A DNA stretch of 64,000 nt from Bilabrum cf. latius (lineage: Eukaryota): contig OZ237753.1 of assembly GCA_965178125.1 (NCBI GenBank), positions 744,001 to 808,000 of the forward strand. Direction: 5' to 3'. Shown piece by piece: positions 14,301-26,700 of this stretch; the stretch's first letter is position 1, and every line of letters starts with the position of its first letter. The translations under genes and the position numbers were made by a program. Under the pieces are notes generated by a model. That model had not been told where the DNA came from. It made no database searches and was given only the letters and a program-made list of their open reading frames with translations.

Positions 14301-17300
14301 ACGGCACTCGGACGGAAGTGTATCCTCGATAGATGGAGTAGCGCAGTGGTCCCCACAGTGCCTTGCCCCATGCCCAAACCATCACTACGATCCACCGCGC
14401 CAGGCGCGCTTGGCACACCAGATCTAAGCCCAACCTCTTCAATGGCACCGTCAAGCCTGGCTACGGTCGATGGTGGAAGCGAGCCACGAATGCAAGAGAT
14501 GGGCAGCAGCTGAGTGATCTCTTCAATACTTGCCCTATAGGCTGTACTTGCCCCATCAGAGGCTTGCGGCTCGGAGATGCCAGCGGCACTGATCCCGCTC
14601 CCTGGAGTTGATGCAACGACTCCAGCACCAGCGGCACTGTCATCCTCATCCTCCCCAGCGATGCCAAACCCCGAGCTGACCGCACCGCTGTGGGCGCTGC
14701 TTGTACTAGTGGTCGTTGTTGTATCGCCTGAGCCCAATAACTTCAGCGCTCTGAGAGAATAGCCGCTGCCCACTGCCACAGCAGCCTCGAGCTGTGAGAG
14801 AACGCCGGCTGCAAGAATCCTGTGCCCAAGCACGTCGCAGCACAGTCCAGTTGAAGCACAAGCAGCGATGGCATCCAAGGGATCGACTGGTCCATCCGTC
14901 TTCGGCTGTATACTGTTCATGATCTCTAATAGAATGGGCTTCGGCGCGCCTGCAGCGGTGATAGTTGGGGACGTTGACACAAGCCCTGTCCGAACAGCCC
15001 CCAGCACGCTCAGTGCATCACTCCCATCCGCCTACACCTTGACATCTGTCGATGGAACGCCTTCGACCTGAAGCCGAATTGCAGAAACGAGTCTCACCGC
15101 ATTCTGAAAGCCAAACAGCGCGGATAAGGTGGCAATGACGCGAGCTTGCCCCTCAGGAGCAGAGCCCGGCGAAACATCCACAGCCAACCGAGCTGCACAG
15201 TCGCGCACTGACGCCAGCAGTAGCGCAACTCTCAGCCCCTCATCTCCTTGCAAGAATGAAACAACGTTACTGTCTGCATGCTCGAGCTGTTCCTTTGCCA
15301 CAATCGGCTCCCAAGCAACCAGCAGCCGCCTTGAAACTGCTGGTGAGATAAACATGCGACCGTCTGCCCCGCCATCTGCAGTTTGAAACAGGTTCAACCT
15401 GCTGAGAGCTTGAGATGCCTCACAAGGGCTCTTGCTCAGCATACACACGGCCAGCAGCTGCACCATCAGACGACGGATTCCAACGGAGCTGAGCTCGGAT
15501 TGGCACTTCGTGGCAATCGCGCTCAGGAGGTGCTCCACTGCTGCAGCCCGGATCTCTGCCGTGGAAACGACCGCCTCAAGCACCTCATCTGCCGCACGGT
15601 GCCCTCCTCCACCGACAGCATGCTCAACCCTTGCAACTGCAGCCTCCAGAAGGTCCTGCGGCACTCGACTGCCAGGGCCAGCGAGCCGGAGCTGCTCGGA
15701 CAGCATTGCAGAGAGCCTCGATACAGTAGGATTCAGATCAATGGCAGCAGCTCCGTCACCTGAGAGCCGGTCTTCTAGCGAAGCATGCGTCTTCAGTGCC
15801 AACCACCTAGCTAGTGACGCGCCCGCGTCCTGTTGACTCATTTTAAATGACTCCTGCAACTAAGCCCAAAGAGTACCCGGCGACGCCTCGCCTAGTCCGT
15901 CAAGTACGTTCCACAATTCATGTGCTTGGTCTCGCTTCGACAAGCTGGCATCAGCAAACAGGACCCGCCCGCACGCAGCTACAACGGTTTCTTTCAGTTG
16001 GCTCACGGCATCTCTGCAAGCGGCCTCCCAGCCATCGCCCAACTGGCCGAGTGCTGCCCCTACGTGACGCAAGGCAGTCGGCGACTTGCCCAGCAAAATA
16101 TCGTGCAGTTGCTGTAGGAAGCCCTGAGCAGCTTCACGCAGATCCCCACTGGCACGTTCTGGCTGCTCCTCAGACTGATCGCTTGGCAGCAAGTCCAGCG
16201 AAAGCGGCAGAGCAAGGGTGTCGCCTGTGGCGATAGCAGTACCGTTCATTGCAATAAAATGCAGACAAGACTGGGCGGCATCACTCGCACCAACACGATG
16301 ACTTGAAGCAGCTCCTCGCTCTCTAGAGGCTTCCGCAGCAGATACAGTTGCTGCATCGCTCGCCGGTGACGGTGACGGCACCCCGCCGAGCGCCTGGTGG
16401 AGAGAGCTCCAGCACAAGCTGTGGGTCCGTTGCGACGAGCTGAGCTCATGCAAAAGCGAGGAAGCATCGTTATTTCCTGCTAAAGCCCCTTGAGCAACCA
16501 CCAAACCGGCTTGTTGCAGAGTCTGTGGCAGGCAGGCAGCTATCCCCAGTGGGTAGTCCAGGAGACGTGCGATCTGTTGACTCCCACCGGCCCCAGGTGA
16601 ACCTGACACCCCCCGAGCCAACTCAGCGTCCACGTCACCAAGTAGGTCGGCCACAATTCCGGCACTTCTGTCCGGAGACTTGCTCCTCCGTGCCTCGACC
16701 ACACCTCGCAGCCGGCCCATGCACGCCCCCAGCGCTGTAGCCGCAGGTACTGATGGCATCAGGCTGGCCTATGCATCCCCGGCAATCACAACAACATCGT
16801 CTGCGTTGCGATCAACCCCAGTCCCAGCGGAAGTTGCCAGTTTCATGCACACACCCCGCACTGCCTCAAGGAAAATTCTATCTGGCGAGCCGTCCGGTCC
16901 AGCCTCCGCCTTGGTCGCGAGAGACACCAGGATCGCAAGACACCTGCCGGCGGTGGCATGCTCGTCCTTCCCAAGAGCTGCAGCTTCGATGCACCGCACG
17001 CACATGTCGAGTGCGAGCAGCGCAGGGCACCCCGCACCTTTACTCTTCTTTCCCTTCCCTTTCCCCTTCTTCTTGCCTCCCTTGGACTGCGACAGCCCCC
17101 CAGCGGAAGCGGCACTTGCTCCGTCCGCCCCATCGCTGGACACTATCCCTTGCAGCAGCAGCTCTCGCGGAACGTTCGTCAGTGCAACCTCGATCGCAGG
17201 AGCCAAGCGGCCGAGTGCACCTCCACGGGCCGAAAGCCTGGCTGCACCGCCCAATGCCAGCCCCAGCGACTGTTCCCTGGCCATGCTCGCCCACACTTCA

Positions 17301-18589
17301 GCGACCGCAGGCACACCATCACGTACATCCTCGTCAGTCGTGCCACTCTCGGCAGTGCTGCTGCTGCTGCTTCTTGCAGCCCCGCCACCAGCCGCTTGTG
17401 GTCCGCCCTCTCCCTCCCCAGCCGCAGGAGAAGCACCCCTTCCCGCCCCACTGGCAGTCTTGATCCCACTACGACTGACGCCATCAATGGCACATGCAGC
17501 TGCAGGCGACTGGGCCAGGGCACGGAAGAGCCTCGCGACCGTGTCCCAAGCGGTTGCAACCTCGCTGGGGGAGTCGTTCAGCTGCAGGGAGGCGAGGGTA
17601 CAGCTAGCCAGGGGGCGGATGCACTGCATGGCGGTGCGGGGATGTCCCACCAGTAGTGCACTAGCGAGGTGCCTAGCAGCCTGCCGCAGCGGACCGTGGT
17701 GGGACTAGTGCATGTGCTTCAGTACTTCGCCGTCATCCAGGCACATGGCCAGCGCGGCAGCGATTGGTTGCTTCTGCTAGCCCTTCTTTCTCCTCTTGCC
17801 GCTCCCTTTCGCAGAGCCGGCAGCCCCGCCCTTTTCTCCTGCAGGAATCGACCCACCTGCCTCTGCTCTCTGCTCGGATGACGCAGAGTCTTCCAGTGGC
17901 AGCACGTGCTCGACAACCCACGAGAGGGACCGCACGGCGGCAAGTCTAGCTCGCTGGCAGGATTCCTCGGCGTCCTGCTCTCCGAGGGCAAGGCGCTCCT
18001 GCAAAACATCAAGAGACACCACTGCAGTATCTCGGAGCTTTTGAATGCAGCGTTTAGCAATTTTACCTAGAATGCGCGCTGCTTTGGTGGATGGCAGCAG
18101 GGCTTCAGTGAGTTGCTGCGCATTGACGTGTACGTCGCGGTCGCCATCTTGTGCCAGAAGCAGCGCAGCTGGGACTAAATCACCGGCAAATTCACCCACA
18201 ACAGATTTTGAGCGATTCACTAGAGCAAGAAATGCGGCAGACACAGCCCGGCGAACTCTGGTGTCGGGATAGTAGGCCAATGAAGGGCAGTGGTACGCCC
18301 ATACAGCTGCAATGTCTCGCAAAGAACCCTTTGGCTTCTCCGCAAATGACACCGACAAATCTGAAAGGGCTTTGACCTTTGTCGTTGCGCTCTTCTTGTT
18401 CAACCGTTTCAATATTTGCGCTACCTCAGCGTCGTTCCCGGTGTACACTGGCGCCGCACCGCCCTTCTTGGCTCCCGGCTGCGCCGCACCTGCCACTGAC
18501 CCGGCAGAGAACTGATCTGCAAACGCATCGAAGCCAACAAAAAGTCCAGGCCCAGAAGAGGCACCAGAGGCGCTTGGTTTGCCGCTCAT
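11321..18589 (-). CDS. LTN1: E3 ubiquitin ligase listerin (Ltn1/Rkr1), ~2,420 aa
   Basis: N-terminal 'FVGF...ILKRLNKKSATTKVKAL', RWD-like 'IEVPPAYPL', C-terminal RING 'CPICYSVI...CGTCRKGFHGACVLRWFQSSGDNKCPMCR'. Single frame with 13 in-frame TAGs (17777, 17705, 16769, 15860, 15032, 14273, 13610, 13469, 13277, 13010, 12941, 12575, 11333), ending TAA at 11321. An upstream exon is possible (TTGCAG just 5' of the ATG). Confidence 0.9.
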
Positions 18590-18789
18590 TGCCTGCAAGA
18601 GTGGCTCCAGCTGTAATTCTCGGCATCGCGCTAGATCTATTCCGGTTTTACAAGACCGTGAAGGAGTGCTGTCTCCTGTTTCTGTTCAAGCCTCAAAAGC
18701 ACCCAGCACGAGCCGACTCATCTCCAAATCTGACGACCGACCCGTACGACATCCACGCAGCTGCTCGCGTCTCCCGCGAAACGCTCTCC

Positions 18790-20955
18790 TCAGCGACCCC
18801 CGCTAGGCTGGGGCTGGGGCTGGGGCTGGGGCGGCAGGACGAATCGAAACCTCGTGCTCAGAAACTTGCGAAGCTCTCGGTCGTACTGTTCCGCCGAAGC
18901 TTCCACCTGATCCTCTGCTTCAGACACTGCCGGAAGGGCGTTCCCTTCCCCAGCGCCCTGCATCCCTCCAGTTCCCTCTGCTTGCCCTCGTCCCTGCTCG
19001 TCCCCGCCTGGCTGCGCAGAGCCTGCAGAGTCTGGCCCCTCTTCCCCTGCCGAATCACCGCCCTGCTGCCGCGCCCCATCGCCATGAAGCTGCTCCTGCG
19101 CACCCGCTCCTTCCACTCTACCCCCCTATGTCTGAGATCCACTCGTCACACTCCACGCGGCGGGTCCGGCCGGCCCCTCCAGTCTCAGATCCCACCGCTT
19201 CCAGTCGTAGATGGGCCCGTGCAGCTCCGGCGACCATTGCGCCAACACTTGACCCACGTCCGAGAGGGCCAGCACTCCGATGGGCTGTCCCGAGGAAGGC
19301 TCCACGATGGGAAGGTGCCTGAATCCCGACCGGAGCATCTTTCTGGCGCACCGCTCCACCGTCCAGTCCGCCTTGCCAGAGTACACCCGGGTGGTCATGG
19401 CGTCCACCAGGGGCCGCCGAGACACGGTGTCACACAGAGCTCCAGGTGGTTTATGTGTTCCCTGTGCGGCTTCGTCTGAGTCAGTGGAGGACGAGCAGCC
19501 AGTGCCAGCGCCAGCGCCAGTGCCAGTCCTGCTGCAGCTACTGCTGCTCGTCGAAACAAACGAGGATGATGTTTGCTCCCCCCCATCCCGCCGCACCCCA
19601 TTCTTGGCACTGCTCGCCGAACGTTCCTTGAGCAGCAGCCGCGCCGCGTCGATCCCTGTAAACATGCCCTCCTACCTCCCATCTGCCCCCAGCACCACCA
19701 CAGCCGACACGTCCCTCTTCTTCATCTCAGAGACGGCACCACCGACGGTGACACCGTCCTCCACGTGCGCATTGACCAGCACATCCTGCCCCTGGTCCCG
19801 CAGCATCGCCATCAGCTCTAGAGCCGTTGACTTGGGGGTCAGCTGGGGCCGCACGGGCCGCCTCTCTTCCGCCCGACCTCTCTTCGAGTCCCACGTGCCC
19901 AGCCACTGCAGCCCGAACCACGACGAAGACGGAGAGGAAGAAGTGGAGGAAGTGGAGCGGTGCCCGCTGGCAGGCCCCGACTCGGAATCGGAACCGGACG
20001 CGCTCAGAGAGCTGTGGTGCTCCGCGATGGCCCTGGCGATCTCGGCCTCGTCCTCCCCCGACCTCGGCCTACTTGTTCCCTGGTCCCGCTTGGGCAGCAG
20101 CGAGAATCGGATGAGGTCGCGCATGGAGAGAATGCCCACCACCGGGGCTGCGTCCCCTTGTTCCCCGGTGACGTCAGCCACGACATTCTGCCACGACTAG
20201 TCCCCTCCACCCAAGCTGCCTTGCTCGGCCCCCGCCAGCACCTGGGCGAGCACCGCCTCGAAGGAGTCCGGAGCATCCGATGAAAATGCACCCTCGGTAA
20301 CGAGGCTCTGGGTGTCGGTGAGTGCCCCGATGTGATCCAGGGCAAGAGATGCGTCGTTGTCGGCGACATCAGCTGAGGATCGCATGATGCTCTCCGGCGC
20401 GTACACGCTACGGAGTGCGCCAGCATGGCTGGTACCGGGCACCACAATGGGAAGATGTCGAATACCAGACACCAGCATGAATCGCAGGGCATCCAACACG
20501 ATTGCGTCCGGAGTTGCAGTGGCGACGCCTCGTCCCAGTTGCTTCACGTCACTCACAGTGCTGGCTGTTCCTATCTCTGGAAACCGCAGCATGACATCCT
20601 TCTCAGTGAATATGTCTCGTACCTGCACTTCGTCTCGACCTGGAATGTGTTCCGTCACCAACAAGGAGCTCGCTTGCTGCAGGTTCATGTAGTGCAGGGC
20701 ATCGAGAACGGTACTGGATTTGTCGATGGATGGAATATGCAGATACGACGGCTCTCGCCGCGCACGCACGCGCAGCACATCCGCCAGCGATGCTAATATT
20801 AGTTGTTTGCTGGATGCGTACGATATGGGCTGCCTCGTCCCGGACAGGAGCCGCCGCTTTCCGGCGCATCCAATCACCGTTCTGGAGACCCGGAAACCCG
20901 ACGCCAAACTACGACCAAGGGTGCGGATCCTTCGAAGCTATATAAGTTGATTCAT
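18790..20955 (-). CDS. CBS-domain protein (two Bateman modules), probably mitochondrial, ~721 aa
   Basis: 'TVLDALHYM...IFTEKD', 'GIRHLPIV...GILSMRDLI', 'GFRHLPIV...IGVLALSDV'. Starts MNQLI*LRRIRTLGRSLASGFRVSR (Arg-rich presequence-like). TAGs at 20938, 20197, 19672, 19126; ends TGA. Confidence 0.8.
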
Positions 20956-21368
20956 ATTTTGATACACAGTGCCCTGAGAATAGGCATACTGCCTCGGTGA
21001 GAGCCAGTGGATTCTGCGGGGCATCCCGTGGATAGCGAACCAATACGAATGTTCGTCAATACGCTCCGCATGCCTGCGTGCAGCGTGCTTGCGCAGGTTC
21101 GAAGAAGCTAGTAGCACGATACGCTTTGACCTATTCGGAATTGGAACGCTATGGCGGCAGGTATGCCCACGCCGAGCCAGAGTGCGAAAATTGGTGGGGA
21201 CAGCAGCACCAGCGACGACAATGAACATTTTCCTAGCAACACGACTAGCCAGCAGGTCCGTCCTGCAGGCAAGCCGAGACAAACAACAATTCGAAGCACC
21301 AGCAAAGCGCCCCCCCCCCCCCCCTTTCAACAGGTGAAAAGGGCAACCCCTAGGTCCTCCGCATGGGG

Positions 21369-21817
21369 TCAAATCATGATGCTGTCCTCATCGGCAGTCT
21401 TCACGGCCGTTGACTTGGTGTCCACAGAATCTACCGGAGAATGATCCAAATCCGGGGCATTGCGTGACACTCGCACCTTCCTAGTGTTGACGGTGCGGTT
21501 CCTTCTCTCTGGCTCTGGCCCCTCGAGAGCGGCCCTGATCTCGTATCGCCGCTACATCTCGAGCTTGTCCCCCTTCTCATTCATGCACATCTTCACGATG
21601 CAGCCTCCGCAGCAGCACACCACTAGCACGGAGCAAAGTATTATCACCAGCACGATGGTACTCTGCGCGCGATACCAGTGGATCGGTCAATGCATCGAGA
21701 GGCAGTGTGCAGGCAAAACAACGAATCCAACTCCGCGGCCGGGAAACTCTGTTTGCTCACGGGAGCACCACCCTCAGACTCAGGACATGTCGTACAATTG
21801 GTACCATTTACATCCAT
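21369..21817 (-). CDS. Small single-pass membrane protein, ~116 aa, 2 exons (21817-21761, 21662-21369)
   Basis: MDVNGTNCTTCPESEGGAP|STIVLVIILCSVLVVCCCGGCIVKMC...LEM*RRYEIR...SIMI-TGA. N-glycosylation sequons, hydrophobic TM segment, Cys cluster, GTGAGC...GCGCAG intron in phase 0, one TAG at 21552. Confidence 0.65.
21663..21760 (-). other. Spliceosomal intron (98 nt)
   Basis: GTGAGC donor, GCGCAG acceptor; joins two exons in frame. Confidence 0.6.
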
Positions 21818-22473
21818 TAATCGCACCAGCCGGCACAGATATCTGCTAGTAGGCGCAAGCGGGCGGCAAGAACATGTCAAATAGGCTGCGGTAGCTTGGC
21901 ACCAAACTCAATGCGTAGCCAACGACGGAAACGATGGAGGCAGGGAAGGTATTTTCATTAGTATTTGTTCTTGTTATTAGTACCAAAATGCATTTCAATC
22001 AGCCTTACGAGCCGCAATCAGTGTCGGTTTCCCTTCGGGTCGCACTGCTCGGCTTGGTCGCAGCGGTTGCAACCTCTTTTTTCTGAGGCGAACCGTATAG
22101 AGTCGTATTCGCGCACTGTAGGACAAGCTGGCCGATCAATCTTTCTAGCAAAATCAGATTATAATGGTAAGTATTTTTGTAATTGCATCGAAGGTCACTA
22201 GTATTCCTATTATGTCTTCATTATGAGCTCTTGGTCCTTCCACGTTGGTGGAGCAAGAGCAGCTGTGTGTGTGCTGGGCAGCGGTGTAGACATGCTCGGT
22301 CAAACCCCACCTGTATGGTGTCTTTTATTCTCTTCTGTTTATGTGCTGGATCGTATTTCTACGATTGAACTATGTCTAGGTGTATTTTGTGTGTCAGCTC
22401 CCCGTACGTGTGTCTTCCGGCGCAGCCCGGGAAAGAGAGCGACAAGAAGCCGCGAAGCAAGAAGGGATCGGCC

Positions 22474-22722
22474 ATGAAGTCGACGGGAGTCCCGCGGCAC
22501 CTCAGGAACCGATCCAAGAAGGTCCACGACCGTATCGCGCACGACATGAAGGTGCCCAAGCAGCAGCGCAAGTCTGAGAAGGAAGAGGCCGAGAGCAAGA
22601 AGAGCTCTGGAGGTTCAGAGAGCGAGATCCCTATGTGGGCCGTAGCTCTTCTGCTTTTCGTGTTGCTAGGAAGTACCGTGGTCGGTGTCGTGACCTCCAT
22701 CATGGGAGGCGGGCTGCAGTGA
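22474..22722 (+). CDS. RAMP4/SERP1-like small tail-anchored ER protein
   Basis: Basic N-terminus 'LRNRSKKVHDRIAHDMKVPK' and C-terminal TM 'IPMWAVALLLFVLLGSTVVGVV', resembling RAMP4 'PWLLALFIFVVCGS'. Ends TGA. An upstream exon is possible (GCGCAG near 22420). Confidence 0.55.
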   Translation: MKSTGVPRHLRNRSKKVHDRIAHDMKVPKQQRKSEKEEAESKKSSGGSESEIPMWAVALLLFVLLGSTVVGVVTSIMGGGLQ

Positions 22723-22805
22723 TTGCTGATCTCACATTTGAGAATTATGCCTGCAGTGCTTCAACTTTGCATCTCATAGGCATGCTAAACATGATCGTTT
22801 GCAGG

Positions 22806-23597
22806 TCAGGAGCGTGCCTCTGCTGCGCCGGTCGTACTTCCTCCATCGGCTCCACTGCCACCCTGGGGCTTGTCAACAGGGCCGGCCCCGACGGCGCCCA
22901 GGTCGAATCCCTCCAATGATGGCACGATGACGTCTGCTCCCTTGAACAGAGACTTGTCCAAGCGGTGGTCGGGACACACAACAACTGTCATGCCCGCGGC
23001 TTTGGCTGCCTGCACGCCTGCTGCCGCGTCCTCGAACGCCAGGCAGCTGCTCCTGCTCCTGGCATCGTCCCCGCACCCGATCCTCTTGGCCGCCTCGATG
23101 AATATGTCCGGCCTCGGCTTGCCCTTCCCACGCACCGCTTCATCGTCCCCACACACGATGCACTCCTCCTTCACGAACTTGAAGATCTCAGGGGCCGCCT
23201 TTTTCTTGATGGGGAGATACTCACGCGAGCTAGAGGTGGCCACAGCAATGGGGATGTCCGCCTCGGTGATGCTAGCAAGGAGCGACACTGCGCCCTTCAT
23301 TGGCCTGCTCTCTGCCATGGTGGACAGCAGCTTCTCGTCGCGACGCGTGAGGAGAACCTTGGCATCCACTGGTGTTCCATCAGGGGACTGCAGTTTCAGC
23401 TCGTCGATCAGCAGCTGGGCGCCTGGAACCTCTGGGTGGCCAATAATCATTTTATGCTGCTCGAAAGTATACTCTGAAAAACCGAATGACTCGCATGCAT
23501 GCTTGTACGCCGCGAAGTATGCCGGTTCCGTGTCCAAAAGTGTGCCATCGAGATCGCACACACAACCCGCCCACTTCGACCCGGCAGCTCCGGCCAT
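22806..23597 (-). CDS. HAD-superfamily phosphatase (HDHD1/GS1 pseudouridine-5'-phosphatase-like)
   Basis: Motif I 'DLDGTLLDTE', motif II 'AVATSS', 'GKPRPDIF', 'CLAFEDAAAGVQAAKAAGM'. No TAG; ends TGA. Confidence 0.88.
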   Translation of the reverse strand: MAGAAGSKWAGCVCDLDGTLLDTEPAYFAAYKHACESFGFSEYTFEQHKMIIGHPEVPGAQLLIDELKLQSPDGTPVDAKVLLTRRDEKLLSTMAESRPMKGAVSLLASITEADIPIAVATSSSREYLPIKKKAAPEIFKFVKEECIVCGDDEAVRGKGKPRPDIFIEAAKRIGCGDDARSRSSCLAFEDAAAGVQAAKAAGMTVVVCPDHRLDKSLFKGADVIVPSLEGFDLGAVGAGPVDKPQGGSGADGGSTTGAAEARS

Positions 23598-23769
23598 GTC
23601 CAGCGGCAATATACCCACGGAATGCGCAGTTGATCCAGAGCCGGGAGGGATTGCAAGCTGAAAGAGCGGTCCAGCTGCACCCTGGTGACTGTTCCTGTTT
23701 TTCCGGGTTGCCGAGTAGGCGCGGCGTAGTCTACGCCGGGCAGGTTGGCATGGTTATAATCTCGAAGCA

Positions 23770-26700
23770 TCAAAACAGCCCCATGAATCTCTTTGGCTTG
23801 CTACTTCCCTCTGCCGGCGCAACCGCTTTCCGGGCCGGTGCTCTCCCGCCCCCCGCATCCGGAGTGGTCGCAGCCACAGTCCCCGTCGCGCTGCCGGGAG
23901 GCGCCCGCCTGAGGCCGCCCCTCGAGGCCTGCGTCTTCTTCGCCCCGCTCCCGCTACCAGCACCAGCACCAGCACCTGGCCTGCCCTTGCCCCTGGCCGC
24001 ATTGCTTGCCCCCGCCGGCTCCGGGGACCCCATCGCCCCCACGGCCTGCTTCAGGCGGGCCTCCAGCTGCTGCCTGGCCCTCTTCTCCTAGTGCAACTCC
24101 TCCGTCTTGAACCGGAGCTCGTCCAGCGCCTCCCCGCGCTCCACCATGACCGTGTCGAGCCTCTGCGCCAGGGCCAGCTTGACGTCGTTGTCCATCCGCT
24201 TCTGACCCCTCAGGGCCTCCAGGTCGTCCACCATGTCGGCGATCTTGGCCTCGGTCCCGTGGGCCTGCTGCTGCAGCTCCCGCACCTGCTCCTGCAGCCC
24301 CACGGCCATGTCGGCTGCCTTGTCCTTGGCCTTCTGCAGGTCTGCCACCTTCTGCTGCAGGGCCACCACGTGGGGGTTGTCCTTCGCGGACTCCGACAGC
24401 TTCTTCTTCATCTCGCGGTTTTCCTCCAGCAGGTGCTTGTGCGAGCCCCTCAGGGCGTGGACCTCGTGCTCGGCCCTCTACCTCGAGGCCTGGGCCACGG
24501 TCGCCTAGTCCCTCAGCTCGCTCACCCTCTTCGCGCTCGCCTCCGCCTCCCGCTTGTACCTAGCTATCTGCCTCTCGTACCTGTCCTTGAGACGGTGGGC
24601 GAACTCCATCCCCTGCGCGCTCGCGAGGGCCGCGGCGCCGGGAGCGGAACCGCCGCCGCCCAGGGGCGGCTTCGGGGGGGTGGCTGCGGCGGTCGTGCCC
24701 GCAGCAGCAGCAGCGGCGACGGCCGCCGTGGCCGAGCCTCCGCCCGCAGGTGGGGCCGCGGCAGATCCGACCGACCCCGCGCCTCCTCCAGACTCGGTGG
24801 GTGCGGGGGCGCTCACAGCGACTGCCGCTGCGGTCCCGCCCCCCGCCCTGGACGCCAGCTGCGGAACAGGCCCTTGCGGAGCGCCGCGGAAGGGCGCCTC
24901 CGCGAGCATGGCTTCCAGCTCCTTGGCCCGTTGTTCCGCAGCATCTGCGCGGCGCCGCGTGGCCTCCAGCATTGCTTTCAGCTCGACGGGGATGGTCGAG
25001 ACCTGCGCGCCACCGCGCTCGGGCACGGCCTTGTCCCCGGGCCTCTGCTCCTTGTCTTCCTCCTCCTCCTCCTGCTGATCCCCTGCATCCTCCTTGCTTT
25101 CCCCCGCACCGCCCTTCGAGTCCTCCTCCTTCGGGCCTCCCTCCCCGTCCTCGTTCTCGTCCTCACCCTCCCGATCCATGGCATCCTCCGCCGCCCGCAC
25201 CGCCTCGTCATCCAGCTGCACCACATTGCCACCGTTCAGCTCCTTCGCCTTGCTCTCCCAGGCGCGGAGCATGGCCTTGAGCTCGCGGACCTCCCGCTGC
25301 AGCCGCACGTTGTTGTCCCGCAGCGCGCCCACCTCCTTGGCCTCTTTCTTCAGCTTGGCGAGCTTGTCGCGTGCCTGCCGCTGACGGGCGCAGCACTGGA
25401 TCCGGACCGCGGCGCCGCGCAGTTCCGCAAACCTGCGGGACTGCAGCCGCCCCCGCCTCCACGCCACCAGTTTGGTGGCGTAGTGCCTCCTCCTGATCTC
25501 CGCGAACCGAGCCACCTGGGCCGCCCCCCGCGCCCTGGCCTGCAGCTTGGTGACTGCAGCCCGGTACCTCAGGAACGCGAGCCGGGCCACTGCTCTTCGA
25601 GCGAACGCCTGAGTTCGCGTCGCCGCGAGCTCCCTTCGCATCCTTCGGACGGTCCTTCTCGCCAGGAACCCGCGCACGACCCGCTGCGCTACGGAGCACG
25701 AGTGCTTGATCCTGGCGTAGGTGCGCAGGGCCAGCCATCTCCTCACGGCCGACTGGGCGCGGACTGCGGATCCGCGCAGCACGTGCTGCCTCCTCCTCTC
25801 CATCTCGTCCACGCCCGCCTTCCGGAAGAAGACCTTGGTCTTGCCGACCTGGAACGAGTCGGGATCCAGCGGATCCTCGATCAGCTCCATGAGGCGGCGG
25901 GACCGCTGCTGGCCTTCCTCGACGGACAGCACGGGCCCGCTCTTGCCCGCGCTCTTGCCCGCACCCTTGGCCCTCTTTCCAAGTCCCATGAGCCCGCTCA
26001 GGAGCTCTCGCTTGTGCTCCAAGGACAGCAGGACCTGGTACTGCCGCAGGAAATCCTCGTGCAGATACCGCACGGGGTATCCGAGACGGGCCACGCGCAC
26101 CGCCTCCAGCACACCGCCGCACCTGAGCTGGGACACGACCCCCGTCCGCTCAAACTCCTTGGGCATCTGCTTGGCGTTGGGCTTGATGCACCGGACGTAG
26201 TGCGGCGAGGTAGACCGAATGACGGACAGGAGACTCTTGAGCTGCGACTTGAACTGGGAGCCTACGCTATCGCTCATCAGCCCGCCCTTCTTACCCTTGC
26301 CCTTCTTCTTGCCGCCCTTGCCGCCCTTCTTCCCGCCGGCAGCCCCTTCCGAGGATGCACCCGCTGCCGCAGCCCCGCCCGCTGCCTGAGCGTCGTCCCC
26401 GCCGGCCGCTGCTCCGCCCTTGGCTGCCGCCTCGACGCCGTACACCACCTGCAGCAGGGACACGGCCGATCCCTTGACGCAGTCCGTAGCTTCCTGGTGC
26501 ATCTGGTCCCTGTTCTTCTCGATAAATCCACCCGTGGAGTACTTGACCTGCCCCGCGTAGTGCTTGACGATGAACTGCGATCTGGCCTTGAGCTTTGCAG
26601 AGGCGCTGAACCGAGCGTGCTTGCCCAGCTGCTCCACCAGCTTGGAGGCGAATCCCTTGTTGGTGGCTCGCTGGCCCAGCAGGCACTGCTCGTCCAGCAG

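Noticed and set aside
18806-18832. (GGGGCT)n microsatellite, and (GGGAAT)n near 33695
   Set aside because: Short coding repeats (PQPQPQ, GNGNGN) inside low-complexity protein regions; not telomeric.
21089-21444. Plus-strand ORFs around the poly-C run at ~21310
   Set aside because: No motifs; they overlap the 3' end of the better-supported minus-strand membrane-protein gene.
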